A DNA stretch of 24,000 nt from Actinomycetota bacterium (GTDB lineage: Bacteria > Actinomycetota > UBA4738 > CALAEC01), in NCBI GenBank assembly GCA_036260395.1, contig DASZZY010000126.1:16235-40234 (forward strand). The letters run 5' to 3'. The notes beneath the pieces are model-generated. The model saw only the letters and a program-made list of their open reading frames with translations. It was not told the DNA's origin and searched no databases. Shown here piece by piece: positions 7,366-15,164 of the stretch. Both the position numbers and the translations under genes were made by a program. Every line of letters begins with the position of its first letter. Positions within the stretch are counted from its first letter, which is position 1.

Positions 7366-8807
7366 CAGATCCGGGGGAGCGGGTCGCCGATCAGCATGTC
7401 GACGATCCGGGTGCCGCCGAACTCCGTCTTGAGGAGGACCAGCGTGGGCGGGTCGTCCTTGACCCGGCCGATCACCGCCGCGCCCTCGCCGAGCGGGTGC
7501 GAGCGCATCGCCTCGAGCGCCGCCTCCGCCCGAGCGCCATCGACGATGGCCACCAGCCGCCCCTCGCACGCCACGTAGAGCGGGTCGATCCCCAGGATCT
7601 CGCTCGCGCCGCGGACCTCGTCGCGCACCGGGATGGCGGACTCCTCGACGACCAAGGCCACGTTCGCCACCTGGGCCACCTCGTTGAGGATCGTGGCCAC
7701 CCCTCCGCGGGTCGCGTCGCGGAGGCACCGCACGCCGTCGGGGACCGCGTCGAGGAGCCGGCTCACCAGCCCGGCGAGCGGCGCGGTGTCCGACTCGACG
7801 TCGGCCTCGATGTCGAGCTCCCCCCGGGCCAGCATGATCGTGACGCCGTGGTCGCCGATCGGCCCGGAGACCAGCACGGCGTCGCCCGGGCGGACCTGTG
7901 CGGCGCCCAGCGTGACCGGCCGCTCGAGGACGCCGACCCCCGTGGTGTTCACGTACACGCCGTCGGCCTTCCCGCGGTTCACGACCTTGGTGTCCCCGGT
8001 CACGACCTGGACGCCGGCCCGTTCCGCCGCAGCGGCCATCGACCCCACGATCCGGCGCAGGTCCTCCACCGGGAATCCCTCCTCGAGGATGAACCCCGCC
8101 GAGAGGTACAGCGGCCGGGCGCCGGAGACCGCCAGGTCGTTCACGGTGCCGTTGACCGCCAGGTCGCCGATGTCGCCACCGGGGAAGAACAGCGGCGAGA
8201 CCACGAACGAGTCCGTGGTGAACGCCAGGCGCGCTCCGTCAACCGAGAACACGGCCTGGTCCTCGAGCGGCTCGAGGAGCGGGTTCCGGAAGTGCTCCAG
8301 GAACAGCGCCTCGACCAGCGTGTGGGTCGCCTTGCCGCCCGAGCCGTGCGCCAGCGTGATCCGCTCGTCTTTGATCCGGGCCTTCCGCCGGCGGGCCCGG
8401 TCGATCCGATCCAGCACCTGCTCCTCCCGGGACAGCACCCGTTCGCCGAGGGGGTACTGGGCCAGCTCCGGATCGTCGGCGTGCTCGCGCACCAGTCGCT
8501 CCACCCACTCCGCGGTCCGCCCCTCCGGGTCGGGGGCGGCGTCGCGGGCCCTGGCCCCTGGAGCCGTGGGGGGCTCGGGCGCCTCGATCTCGGCCTCGTC
8601 GGGGGCCGGCGGCGCCTCCGGCGCGTCGATGTCCCCGCGGTCCGGGGCCGGCGGCGCCTCCGGGGCCTCGGTGTCCGGCGTCGACGGCGCGGGGGGGGCC
8701 GGCGGCGCCTCGGTGTCCGGCGTCGACGGCGCGGTGGGCGCCTCGGGGAGCTCCTCGACGTCCGGAGCGCGGGGCGCCTCGGGGGCCTGGACCTCGCGCT
8801 CGGTCAT
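7362..8807 (-). CDS. hypE: Hydrogenase maturation carbamoyl dehydratase HypE with an N-terminal extension of about 146 aa
   Basis: From LAHGSGGKATH (residue 152) to the C-terminal PRIC it is colinear with canonical HypE. The ATG at 8805-8807 forms an ATGA overlap with the hypD stop, and GC3 stays high through the extension. An alternative internal start is the GTG at 8415-8417, with GGAGG 5 nt upstream. The 793-aa track ORF runs on spuriously into hypD. Confidence 0.9.
   Translation of the reverse strand: MTEREVQAPEAPRAPDVEELPEAPTAPSTPDTEAPPAPPAPSTPDTEAPEAPPAPDRGDIDAPEAPPAPDEAEIEAPEPPTAPGARARDAAPDPEGRTAEWVERLVREHADDPELAQYPLGERVLSREEQVLDRIDRARRRKARIKDERITLAHGSGGKATHTLVEALFLEHFRNPLLEPLEDQAVFSVDGARLAFTTDSFVVSPLFFPGGDIGDLAVNGTVNDLAVSGARPLYLSAGFILEEGFPVEDLRRIVGSMAAAAERAGVQVVTGDTKVVNRGKADGVYVNTTGVGVLERPVTLGAAQVRPGDAVLVSGPIGDHGVTIMLARGELDIEADVESDTAPLAGLVSRLLDAVPDGVRCLRDATRGGVATILNEVAQVANVALVVEESAIPVRDEVRGASEILGIDPLYVACEGRLVAIVDGARAEAALEAMRSHPLGEGAAVIGRVKDDPPTLVLLKTEFGGTRIVDMLIGDPLPRIC
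8604..8734 (-). repeat. In-frame tandem repeats encoding the Pro/Glu/Ala-rich part of the HypE extension
   Basis: A 27-nt exact repeat (cctcggtgtccggcgtcgacggcgcgg) occurs at 8666-8692 and 8708-8734, a 42-nt period. The 15-mer ggccggcggcgcctc occurs at 8604, 8646 and 8697. At protein level these read APSTPDTEAPPAPP / APSTPDTEAPEAPP plus further EAP/PAP units. Confidence 0.85.
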
Positions 8808-9928
8808 GCCCGGGTCGCCTCCCGCACGCGCTCCCGGGTGAACCGGCCGAAGTTGTAGTAGGCCGCGCAGGCGCCCTCCGAGGACACCATGCACGTCCCG
8901 ATCGGCGTCTCCGGCGTGCACGCCGTGCCGAACACCTTGCACTCCCACGGCTTGATGACGCCCTTCAGCACCTCGCCGCACTGGCAGGCCTTCGGGTCCG
9001 CCACGCGGACACCCGGCACATCGAACAGCACCTCGGCGTCGTGCGCCGCGAAGGTCTCCCGGACCTTGAGCGCCGAATGCGAGATGAACCCCAGCCCCCG
9101 CCACTCGAAGTACGGCCGGAGCTCCATGGTCTCGTTGATGGCCTCCAGCGCCCGCCGGTTCCCGTCCCAGGGGACCACGCGGGTGTACTGGTTCTCGACC
9201 TCGGCCCGCCCCTCGTCGAGCTGCTTCAGGATCATCCAGATCGACTGGAGGATGTCGAGGGGCTCGAACCCCGCCACCACCAGCGGCTTGTCGTAGTCGC
9301 GAGCGATGAACTCGTAGGGCCGGCAACCGATCACCGTGGACACGTGTCCCGGCCCGATGAACCCGTCCAGTCGCATGTCGGGCGAGTCCAGGATGGCCTT
9401 GATCGCCGGGATGATCGTCACGTGGTTGCAGAACACCGAGAAGTTGCGGATGCCCTCGGCGGCAGCTCGGAGCAGCGTGACCGCCGTCGACGGCGCCGTG
9501 GTCTCGAACCCGATGGCCATGAAGACGACCTTCCGGTCGGGGTTCTGCCGGGCGACCTTCACCGCGTCGAGCGGCGAGTACACCATCCGGATGTCGGCGC
9601 CCTGGGCCTTCGAGTCGAAGAACGACCCATGCCCGCCGGGGACGCGCATCATGTCGCCGAACGAGGTCATGATCACGTCCGGCTGCTCGGCGATGAAGAT
9701 CGCGTCGTCGACCCGGCCCATCGGGATCACACAGACGGGACACCCGGGCCCGTGGATCAAGGTCACGTTCTCCGGCAGGTAGTCCTCGAGCCCATGCTTG
9801 TAGATCGTGTGGGTGTGCCCGCCGCAGACCTCCATGATCTTGATGGGCCGGTTGGCGGCCAGCTCGGCGATCTCCCGGGCCACCCTCCGGGCGACCTTCT
9901 CATCGCGGTACTCGTCGACGAACCTCAT
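8804..9928 (-). CDS. hypD: Hydrogenase maturation Fe-S protein HypD
   Basis: 374 aa with all HypD hallmarks: VCGGHTHTI, GPGCPVCV, GFETTAPS, CQCGEVLKG and CTPETPIGTCMVSSEGACAAYY. The ATG at 9926-9928 overlaps the upstream stop (ATGA). Confidence 0.95.
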   Translation of the reverse strand: MRFVDEYRDEKVARRVAREIAELAANRPIKIMEVCGGHTHTIYKHGLEDYLPENVTLIHGPGCPVCVIPMGRVDDAIFIAEQPDVIMTSFGDMMRVPGGHGSFFDSKAQGADIRMVYSPLDAVKVARQNPDRKVVFMAIGFETTAPSTAVTLLRAAAEGIRNFSVFCNHVTIIPAIKAILDSPDMRLDGFIGPGHVSTVIGCRPYEFIARDYDKPLVVAGFEPLDILQSIWMILKQLDEGRAEVENQYTRVVPWDGNRRALEAINETMELRPYFEWRGLGFISHSALKVRETFAAHDAEVLFDVPGVRVADPKACQCGEVLKGVIKPWECKVFGTACTPETPIGTCMVSSEGACAAYYNFGRFTRERVREATRA

Positions 9929-10605
9929 GCCGTGGCTCCCATCTCCTCGAGCGCGACGTGGCTCAGCTCCCACAGGACGTGGTACACGGTGGTCTGGGCT
10001 TCCTGGATCCGGTGCACCGAGGAGGACGGCACGACGAAGAGGTGGTCGATCGTGTCGATCTCGGCCATCTTGCCGCCCTCGTATCCGGCCAGCCCGACCG
10101 TCAGCATCCCGCGCCGGGAGGCCTCCTCGAACGCCCGCACGAGGTTCTCGGAGTTCCCGCTGGTGGACAGGCCGACCGCGATGTCGCCGGCGCGACCCAG
10201 CGCCGCCAGCTGGCGGGCGAACACCACCTCGAACCCGATGTCGTTGGCCAGCGCCGTCACGACGGCGACGTCGGAGGTGAGCGACAGGGCCGGGAGCGGC
10301 CGCCGGCCGTCCCCCGGATGGGCGAACATCGCCGCCAGGTCGTGGGCGTCGGTGCTCGAGCCGCCGTTCCCGAACCCGAACAGCCGGGCCCCCGAGGCGA
10401 ACGCCCCGGCCATCTCCTCGGCGCACCGAGCCAGCCGCTCGCCGTCGCGCCGGAGGCACTCGTCGCGGAGCGCCACGACCTCGGCCGCCTTCTCCTCGGT
10501 GGACCGGCGGATGTGGTCCATGACCGCGTCGACGTTACGCTCCCCCGCGTAGAGGAACGGGTAGAGCGCCTCGACGCCCCCGGCGACGTTCTCGTCCCCC
10601 GACAT
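9925..10605 (-). CDS. GmhA-like SIS-domain protein, paralog 1 (motif-intact)
   Basis: 226 aa with GFGNGGSSTDAHD, LSTSGNSENL, LAGYEGGKMA and RIQEAQTTVYHVLWEL, colinear with phosphoheptose-isomerase-type SIS proteins. Its start ATG (10603-10605) shares one base with the hypC stop (TGATG). Confidence 0.8.
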   Translation of the reverse strand: MSGDENVAGGVEALYPFLYAGERNVDAVMDHIRRSTEEKAAEVVALRDECLRRDGERLARCAEEMAGAFASGARLFGFGNGGSSTDAHDLAAMFAHPGDGRRPLPALSLTSDVAVVTALANDIGFEVVFARQLAALGRAGDIAVGLSTSGNSENLVRAFEEASRRGMLTVGLAGYEGGKMAEIDTIDHLFVVPSSSVHRIQEAQTTVYHVLWELSHVALEEMGATA

Positions 10606-10832
10606 CAGCCCTGCACCACCGCGATCGCCTCCTTGGCGTGGACCAGGATCGTGTCGCCGACCCTGGCCTCGACCAGGGCCACGCTGACCTCCTCCTCGCT
10701 GACCCCGGTGTCCACGCGGGCCAGGCCGTCCCCGAGCAGCTCCATCACCGTGACCGCCACCGCCTCGTCGGAGCAGGTGATGCACACGTCGTCGTGGCAC
10801 TCGGGGACCTGGCGCGTGGGGGCCGGCCCCAC
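10605..10832 (-). CDS. hypC: HypC/HupF-family hydrogenase maturation chaperone, CxxC-type N-terminus
   Basis: ..ECHDDVCITCSDEAVAVTVMELLGDG..VSVALVEARVGDTILVHAKEAIAVV matches the HypC OB-fold core. I prefer the GTG at 10830-10832 (GGGAG 6 nt upstream, 17 nt after the preceding stop). The alternative GTG at 10785-10787 would give a canonical Met-Cys N-terminus. The track start at 10913 overlaps the upstream gene. Confidence 0.8.
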   Translation of the reverse strand: MGPAPTRQVPECHDDVCITCSDEAVAVTVMELLGDGLARVDTGVSEEEVSVALVEARVGDTILVHAKEAIAVVQG

Positions 10833-10849
10833 GGGGATCTCCCGGGCGC

Positions 10850-11470
10850 TCAGCGGATCACCTCCGGCTCCAGCACGCCTGGCTGCTCGAACAGGACGTG
10901 CACCAGCTCCCACAGCACGTGATACACGGTGACCTGGACCTCCTTGACCACCCGGGGGTCGTCGGAGGCCACCTCCAACACGTGGTCGGCACCGCTCCCC
11001 GCCACCTCTCCCCCGTCACCTCCGGTGAGGGCCACGGTGAGCAGGCCGAGCTCGCGCGCCGCCGCCAGGCCCCGAACCACGCTGGGGTCGCGGCCGTCGC
11101 CGGAGACTCCGAGCGCGATGTCGTCGGGGCCGGCGAGCTGACGGAGCTGGTGAGCGAAGATCTCCTCGAACCCCTCGCGCCCGGCCACCCCGGTCACCGT
11201 CGCGATGTCGTTGGTCAGGGAGATGGCCGGCAGGGCCCGCTTCCCGACGATCACCGGGTGGACGAACTCCACCGAGACGTGTTGCGCGTCGGTGCTGGGC
11301 GCGCCGGTCCCGAACACGAACAGCCGCCCTCCCCGGTGGAACCGCACGGCCATCTCGTAGCAGGCTCGGGCCACCCGGTCGGCGTCGGTGGCCACGGCCC
11401 GGCCGGGTTCCCTTCGCCGGGCGAAGGCCTCCTGGACCGCGGATGCCAGCCGGTCCGAGACCCGCCTCAT
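10850..11470 (-). CDS. GmhA-like SIS-domain protein, paralog 2 (degenerate motifs)
   Basis: 206 aa with the same architecture and the same C-terminal TVYHVLWELVHV block as paralog 1. GNGGS is replaced by GTGAPS, and STSGNS by VSGDGRD. ATG at 11468-11470; an alternative GTG is at 11498-11500. The 447-aa track ORF is a spurious upstream extension through def. Confidence 0.75.
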   Translation of the reverse strand: MRRVSDRLASAVQEAFARRREPGRAVATDADRVARACYEMAVRFHRGGRLFVFGTGAPSTDAQHVSVEFVHPVIVGKRALPAISLTNDIATVTGVAGREGFEEIFAHQLRQLAGPDDIALGVSGDGRDPSVVRGLAAARELGLLTVALTGGDGGEVAGSGADHVLEVASDDPRVVKEVQVTVYHVLWELVHVLFEQPGVLEPEVIR

Positions 11471-11523
11471 GGGGTGATGGTGGTCGAGCGCGCCACACAC
11501 ATAGATGTGGAACCACTCTACCC

Positions 11524-12024
11524 CTAGCGGTAGACCTTGCGGGCGAACAGGTCGGACGGGGCGGCCACCCGATCGAGGATCAGGAGCCCGTCGAGGTGAT
11601 CGACCTCGTGGAGGGCGGCGCGGGCCTCGAAGCCCTGCATCCGGTACACGCGGACCGACCCGTCGGGGACGAGCCCGCGGAGCGCGACGCGGCGGGGACG
11701 GCGGACGTTGGCGGTCAGGTCGGGCACCGAGAGGCAACCCTCCCGAAGCACGTCCGGGTCGCCGGCCTCGAGGATCTCGGGGTCGAACAGCGACACGAGG
11801 CCGTGCGCGGTGTCCGCCCGCCGGTGCCCGCGGACGTCGAGGACGAACGCCCGCACCGGCTCGCCGACCTGCGGGGCGGCCAGCCCCACGGTGGCCGGCA
11901 TGGCCCGCATCGTGTCGACCAGGTCGGCGCTCAGCCGGCGCAGATCCTCCGTGACCTCGCCGACCGGCTCGGCGACGCGCTTCAGCACCGGATCGGGGTA
12001 TCGGACCACCGGCCGGACCGCCAC
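11524..12024 (-). CDS. def: Peptide deformylase
   Basis: 166 aa with the three PDF motifs: GLAAPQVG, EGCLSVP and HEVDHLDG. GTG start at 12022-12024, 6 nt after the ACT-protein stop. Confidence 0.9.
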   Translation of the reverse strand: MAVRPVVRYPDPVLKRVAEPVGEVTEDLRRLSADLVDTMRAMPATVGLAAPQVGEPVRAFVLDVRGHRRADTAHGLVSLFDPEILEAGDPDVLREGCLSVPDLTANVRRPRRVALRGLVPDGSVRVYRMQGFEARAALHEVDHLDGLLILDRVAAPSDLFARKVYR

Positions 12025-12030
12025 CGGCCG

Positions 12031-12555
12031 TCAGAGGGTCTCGACCTCGACGGGCTCCAGCCGCGCGTCGACGCCGAGGTCCCGGGCCGCGGACAGCACC
12101 GCCCCGTGCAGGTCCTCGGCGGGAACCGACTCGGGGACCGCCACCTCGGCGATGATCGCGTAGATCGGCTCGGGCCCCGCCGTCCGCCGGCACGAGAGGT
12201 CGGTGATGTTCACCCCCCGCTCGGAGAACAGCCCGGCGAGCGTGGCCACGATCCCGGGGCGGTCCGAGCCGTAGGCGGTCAGGACGTGGGTGGCCCGGGG
12301 CCGTTCCGGGGCGCCGGCCTCGACGTCGGCCACGTGGACCCGGACCCCCACGTCGGCCGCCGCCCGCTCCAGCGAGGCCCGGACCTCGTCAGGGTCCCCG
12401 GGCGCGTCGACGACGAGCATCATCGCGAAGTGGCCACGCAGGATCGTCGACGAGACGTCCTCGAGGTTGCCGCCCAGGTCCTGGAGCGCGCCGGTCAGCG
12501 CGGCCACGATCCCCGGCCGGTCCGCGCCGATGGCGGTCACCGCGTAATGCGCCAC
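12031..12555 (-). CDS. Tandem ACT-domain protein (GcvR-like / ACT regulatory protein)
   Basis: 174 aa with two copies of the ACT signature (G.DRPGIVAALTGAL.. and GSDRPGIVATLAGLF..). GTG start with no obvious Shine-Dalgarno sequence. Confidence 0.7.
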   Translation of the reverse strand: MAHYAVTAIGADRPGIVAALTGALQDLGGNLEDVSSTILRGHFAMMLVVDAPGDPDEVRASLERAAADVGVRVHVADVEAGAPERPRATHVLTAYGSDRPGIVATLAGLFSERGVNITDLSCRRTAGPEPIYAIIAEVAVPESVPAEDLHGAVLSAARDLGVDARLEPVEVETL

Positions 12556-12594
12556 GCCGAGAGGATACGGCCCCGGGCGCCGCCGGTTCCGGCG

Positions 12595-12891
12595 CTAGGA
12601 GATGCCCGCCGCCGGACCGGCCCCGTCGTCGAAGAGCGAGAGCTGGACGGGGGCCTCCGGCGCCTCGTCGCCGTTGCGCTCGGCACGGGCGGCGTCCGGG
12701 CCCCACACCGCCTCGAGCAGCGTGGCCGGCGCGTCGAGGTTCGGCTCGGGACGGGGGCCTCCCCAGAGCGCGTCGACGTGCTCGGCGAGGCGGCCGACGG
12801 GATCGTCCCCCCGGCGCTCGGCGGCCGGCGCCCCCCGCCACACCGCTTCGGTGATGGACGGGTCCCATCTCGCGGATGCCGTCTCGCTCAT
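12595..12891 (-). CDS. Small acidic hypothetical protein (98 aa) with internal repeat and C-terminal QLSLF motif
   Basis: The ATG at 12889-12891 is preceded by GGGAGGAGG (5-nt spacing), and GC3 is about 90 percent. There is an internal duplication (ITEAVWRGAPAAERRGDDP / LLEAVWGPDAARAERNGDEAP). QLSLF is encoded at 12631-12645. The longer 211-aa track ORF overlaps gltX and is not supported. Confidence 0.6.
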   Translation of the reverse strand: MSETASARWDPSITEAVWRGAPAAERRGDDPVGRLAEHVDALWGGPRPEPNLDAPATLLEAVWGPDAARAERNGDEAPEAPVQLSLFDDGAGPAAGIS

Positions 12892-12985
12892 GGCCTCCTC
12901 CCTGCGACGCGTCGAACGCCGATTCTCGCGCGTTCCGGCCGCCGTGGGAAGGGGGAGCAGGTGAAGAGACCGTGACGTTCGGTCG

Positions 12986-14407
12986 TCAGCCGGACGACGC
13001 CCGCAGCCGTGCCAGGGTCCGGTCGCGGCCCAGGAGCGCCATCGACTCGAACAGCGGCGGCGACACGGTGGAGCCGGTGACGGCCGCCCGGACCGGCTGG
13101 AACGCCTTCCGCCCCGAGAGGCCGGAGGCCTCCTGGAGCTCCCGCATGGCGGCGGTGATCGATGCCACCGTCCACTCCGGGAGGGCCTCCAGGCGCCCGA
13201 CGACCTCCAGAAGGTACTCGGCCTGCCCATCGAGGAGCTTGCGCGCCTTGTCGTCCGCCTCGACGTCCTCGAAGAGGAACCGCACGAGCGACGCCGCCTC
13301 GTTCGTCGTGCGGCTCCGCTCCTGGACCAGCGGGGCCGCCGCGGCCACCCGGTCGGGCTCCGGCTCGATCCCAGCCCGCCGGAGCGCCTCTTCCAGCAGC
13401 TCCGCGAACCGATCCGCGGGCGCCTCGCGGATGTAGTGGCCGTTCATCCAGTCGAGCTTCTCGCGGTCGAACGCGGCGGGGTTCCGCGACACCCGCGCCA
13501 GGTCGAACGACTCGATCAGCTGCTCCCGGCCGAAGAACGTGGTGTGGTCGTCGTACGACCATCCGAGCAGCGCGAGGTAGTTCACCATGGCCTCCGGCAG
13601 GTACCCCTGCTCGCGGAACCACTCCACGGACACCGAGCCGTGGCGCTTGGAGAGCGGCTGGCGATCGTGGCCCACGATCAGCGGGAGGTGCCCGTACGCC
13701 GGCGGTTGCTCCACGCCGAGCGCTTCCAGCAGCAGCAGCTGGCGCGGCGTGGACGAGAACAGGTCCTCGCCGCGGATGACGTGGGTCATCCGCATCTTCC
13801 AGTCGTCGACGGCGGCGGCCAGCAGGTACGTGGGGAACCCGTTGCTCCGGAGGATCACGAAGTCCTCGATGTCGGACGCCGGGAACGTGGCCTCGCCGCG
13901 GACGAGGTCGTGCACGGTCACGTCGCGCCCGGGGGTGGCGAAGCGCCACGCGAACGAGCGGCCCTCGGCCTCGCGGGCCTTCCGCTGCTCCTCCGACAGC
14001 CCCCGGCATCGCTGGTCGTAGCGGGGAGGCTCCCCGCGGGCCAGCGCCTGGCGGCGGCGCTCCTCCAGCTCCTCGGGGGTGCAATAACACCGGTACGCGC
14101 GCTCGTCGCCTGCGAGCCGCTCGACCGTGTCGCGGTACAGCGACAGCCGCTCGGTCTGGCGGTACGGGCCGTACGAGCCGCCCACGCCGGGGCCCTCGTC
14201 CCAGTCGATCCCCAGCCAGCGGAGCGACTCCTGGATCGCCTGCACCGAGTCCTCCGTCGATCGGGTCCGGTCGGTGTCCTCGATCCGGAGCACGAACGTC
14301 CCGCCGTGGCGGCGGGCGAAGAGCCAGTCGTACAGCGCGGTCCGGGCGCCGCCCACGTGGAGGTAGCCCGTCGGCGCCGGCGCGTACCGGACGCGGACCT
14401 CATCCAC
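12986..14407 (-). CDS. gltX: Glutamyl-tRNA synthetase
   Basis: Class-I signatures are present: [16 protein letters not shown] (HIGH-type) and PLSKRHG (KMSKS-type). The remainder is colinear with GltX. The track start at 14437 is a TTG. I prefer the GTG at 14405-14407 ([14 protein letters not shown]), which overlaps the upstream stop by 8 nt. Confidence 0.9.
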   Translation of the reverse strand: MDEVRVRYAPAPTGYLHVGGARTALYDWLFARRHGGTFVLRIEDTDRTRSTEDSVQAIQESLRWLGIDWDEGPGVGGSYGPYRQTERLSLYRDTVERLAGDERAYRCYCTPEELEERRRQALARGEPPRYDQRCRGLSEEQRKAREAEGRSFAWRFATPGRDVTVHDLVRGEATFPASDIEDFVILRSNGFPTYLLAAAVDDWKMRMTHVIRGEDLFSSTPRQLLLLEALGVEQPPAYGHLPLIVGHDRQPLSKRHGSVSVEWFREQGYLPEAMVNYLALLGWSYDDHTTFFGREQLIESFDLARVSRNPAAFDREKLDWMNGHYIREAPADRFAELLEEALRRAGIEPEPDRVAAAAPLVQERSRTTNEAASLVRFLFEDVEADDKARKLLDGQAEYLLEVVGRLEALPEWTVASITAAMRELQEASGLSGRKAFQPVRAAVTGSTVSPPLFESMALLGRDRTLARLRASSG

Positions 14408-15161
14408 CCTCGACCACCCCGTTCTCGAGCACGCCAACGCCCTCGACCTCGACCTCGACGGTGTCTCCGGCCTTCAGCGGGCCGACCCCGGCCGGCGTGC
14501 CGGTGAGGACCACGTCGCCGGGAAGAAGCGTGATGGTGCGGGAGATGAACGCCACCAGCGCGGCCGCGGAGAACAGGAAGTCCGAGGTCCGCCCGGACTG
14601 GCGGGTCTCGCCGTTGACCCGAGCCTCGACGCCGACGTCGGCCGGGTCCAGCTCGGTATCGATCCACGGGCCGAGCGGGCAGAACCCGTCCGACCCCTTG
14701 GCCCGCGCCCACTGGCCGTCCTGCTTCTGCCACTCGCGGGCCGTGACGTCGTTGGCGCAGGTGTACCCGAGGACGTACCGCAGCGCGTCGGCCTCGTCGA
14801 CCCTCCGGCACAGCCGACCCATCACCACCGCGAGCTCGGCCTCGTGGTCCACGCGGCCGGCGCCGGGCGGGAGGGGGATGGGGTCCCCGGGCCCGATCAC
14901 CGAGGTGGCTGGCTTGAAGAACAGGATCGGCGACTCCGGCACCGGGTTCCCGAGCTCCGCCGCGTGCCCGGGGTTGTTCCGGGCGACGGCCACGATCTTC
15001 GAGGGGATCACCGGCGCCAGGAGCCTGACGTCGTCGGCCGGGACCTCCTCACCGGTGGGGATGGGTTCCTCGAAGAACGTCCCCCGCAGCGCCCGGATCG
15101 TGGGGCCCTCGCGGACGCCGGTGGCGATGCGGTCGCCGTGCCGGAAGCGGACCAGCCTCAC
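14400..15161 (-). CDS. Fumarylacetoacetate hydrolase (FAH) family protein
   Basis: 253 aa with typical FAH-fold blocks: [40 protein letters not shown] and [16 protein letters not shown] start 3 nt after the ilvE stop. Confidence 0.85.
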   Translation of the reverse strand: MRLVRFRHGDRIATGVREGPTIRALRGTFFEEPIPTGEEVPADDVRLLAPVIPSKIVAVARNNPGHAAELGNPVPESPILFFKPATSVIGPGDPIPLPPGAGRVDHEAELAVVMGRLCRRVDEADALRYVLGYTCANDVTAREWQKQDGQWARAKGSDGFCPLGPWIDTELDPADVGVEARVNGETRQSGRTSDFLFSAAALVAFISRTITLLPGDVVLTGTPAGVGPLKAGDTVEVEVEGVGVLENGVVEGG

Positions 15162-15164
15162 GCG

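Noticed and set aside
8596-8750. Short direct repeats that could be mistaken for a CRISPR-like or minisatellite array.
   Set aside because: The repeats are in frame within hypE, the period is 42 nt with no unique spacers, and they encode Pro/Ala/Glu repeats. I report them as a coding tandem repeat.
6837-8858. Very long ORFs antisense or out of frame to the real genes. Examples: 6837-8858 (+) 673 aa, 6439-7728 (-) 429 aa, 11443-12975 (+) 510 aa, 19796-21466 (+) 556 aa, 19854-21236 (-) 460 aa, 12888-14090 (-) 400 aa.
   Set aside because: Their translations are low-complexity Arg/Pro/Gly/Ala strings with no motifs. They overlap genes that carry clear family signatures. Long open frames of this kind are the expected artefact of very high GC content, where stop codons are rare.
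8807-9743. The 793-aa track ORF reads as a giant HypE spanning hypD.
   Set aside because: The part upstream of 8807 is an alternative frame of hypD with junk composition. The ATG at 8805-8807, overlapping the hypD stop, is the natural boundary.
11524-12024. The idea that def in the hyp operon is a dedicated hydrogenase-maturation protease.
   Set aside because: All three canonical PDF motifs are intact and nothing distinguishes it from a housekeeping deformylase. Its copy number in the genome is unknown. I note it only as operon context.
12577-12595. GC hairpin (GCGCCG-N7-CGGCGC) after the small acidic protein gene, as a possible terminator or attenuator before the ACT/def/hyp operon.
   Set aside because: The stem is only 6 bp with no U-tract, and such hairpins are expected by chance in DNA this GC-rich. 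That is not enough to call a terminator.
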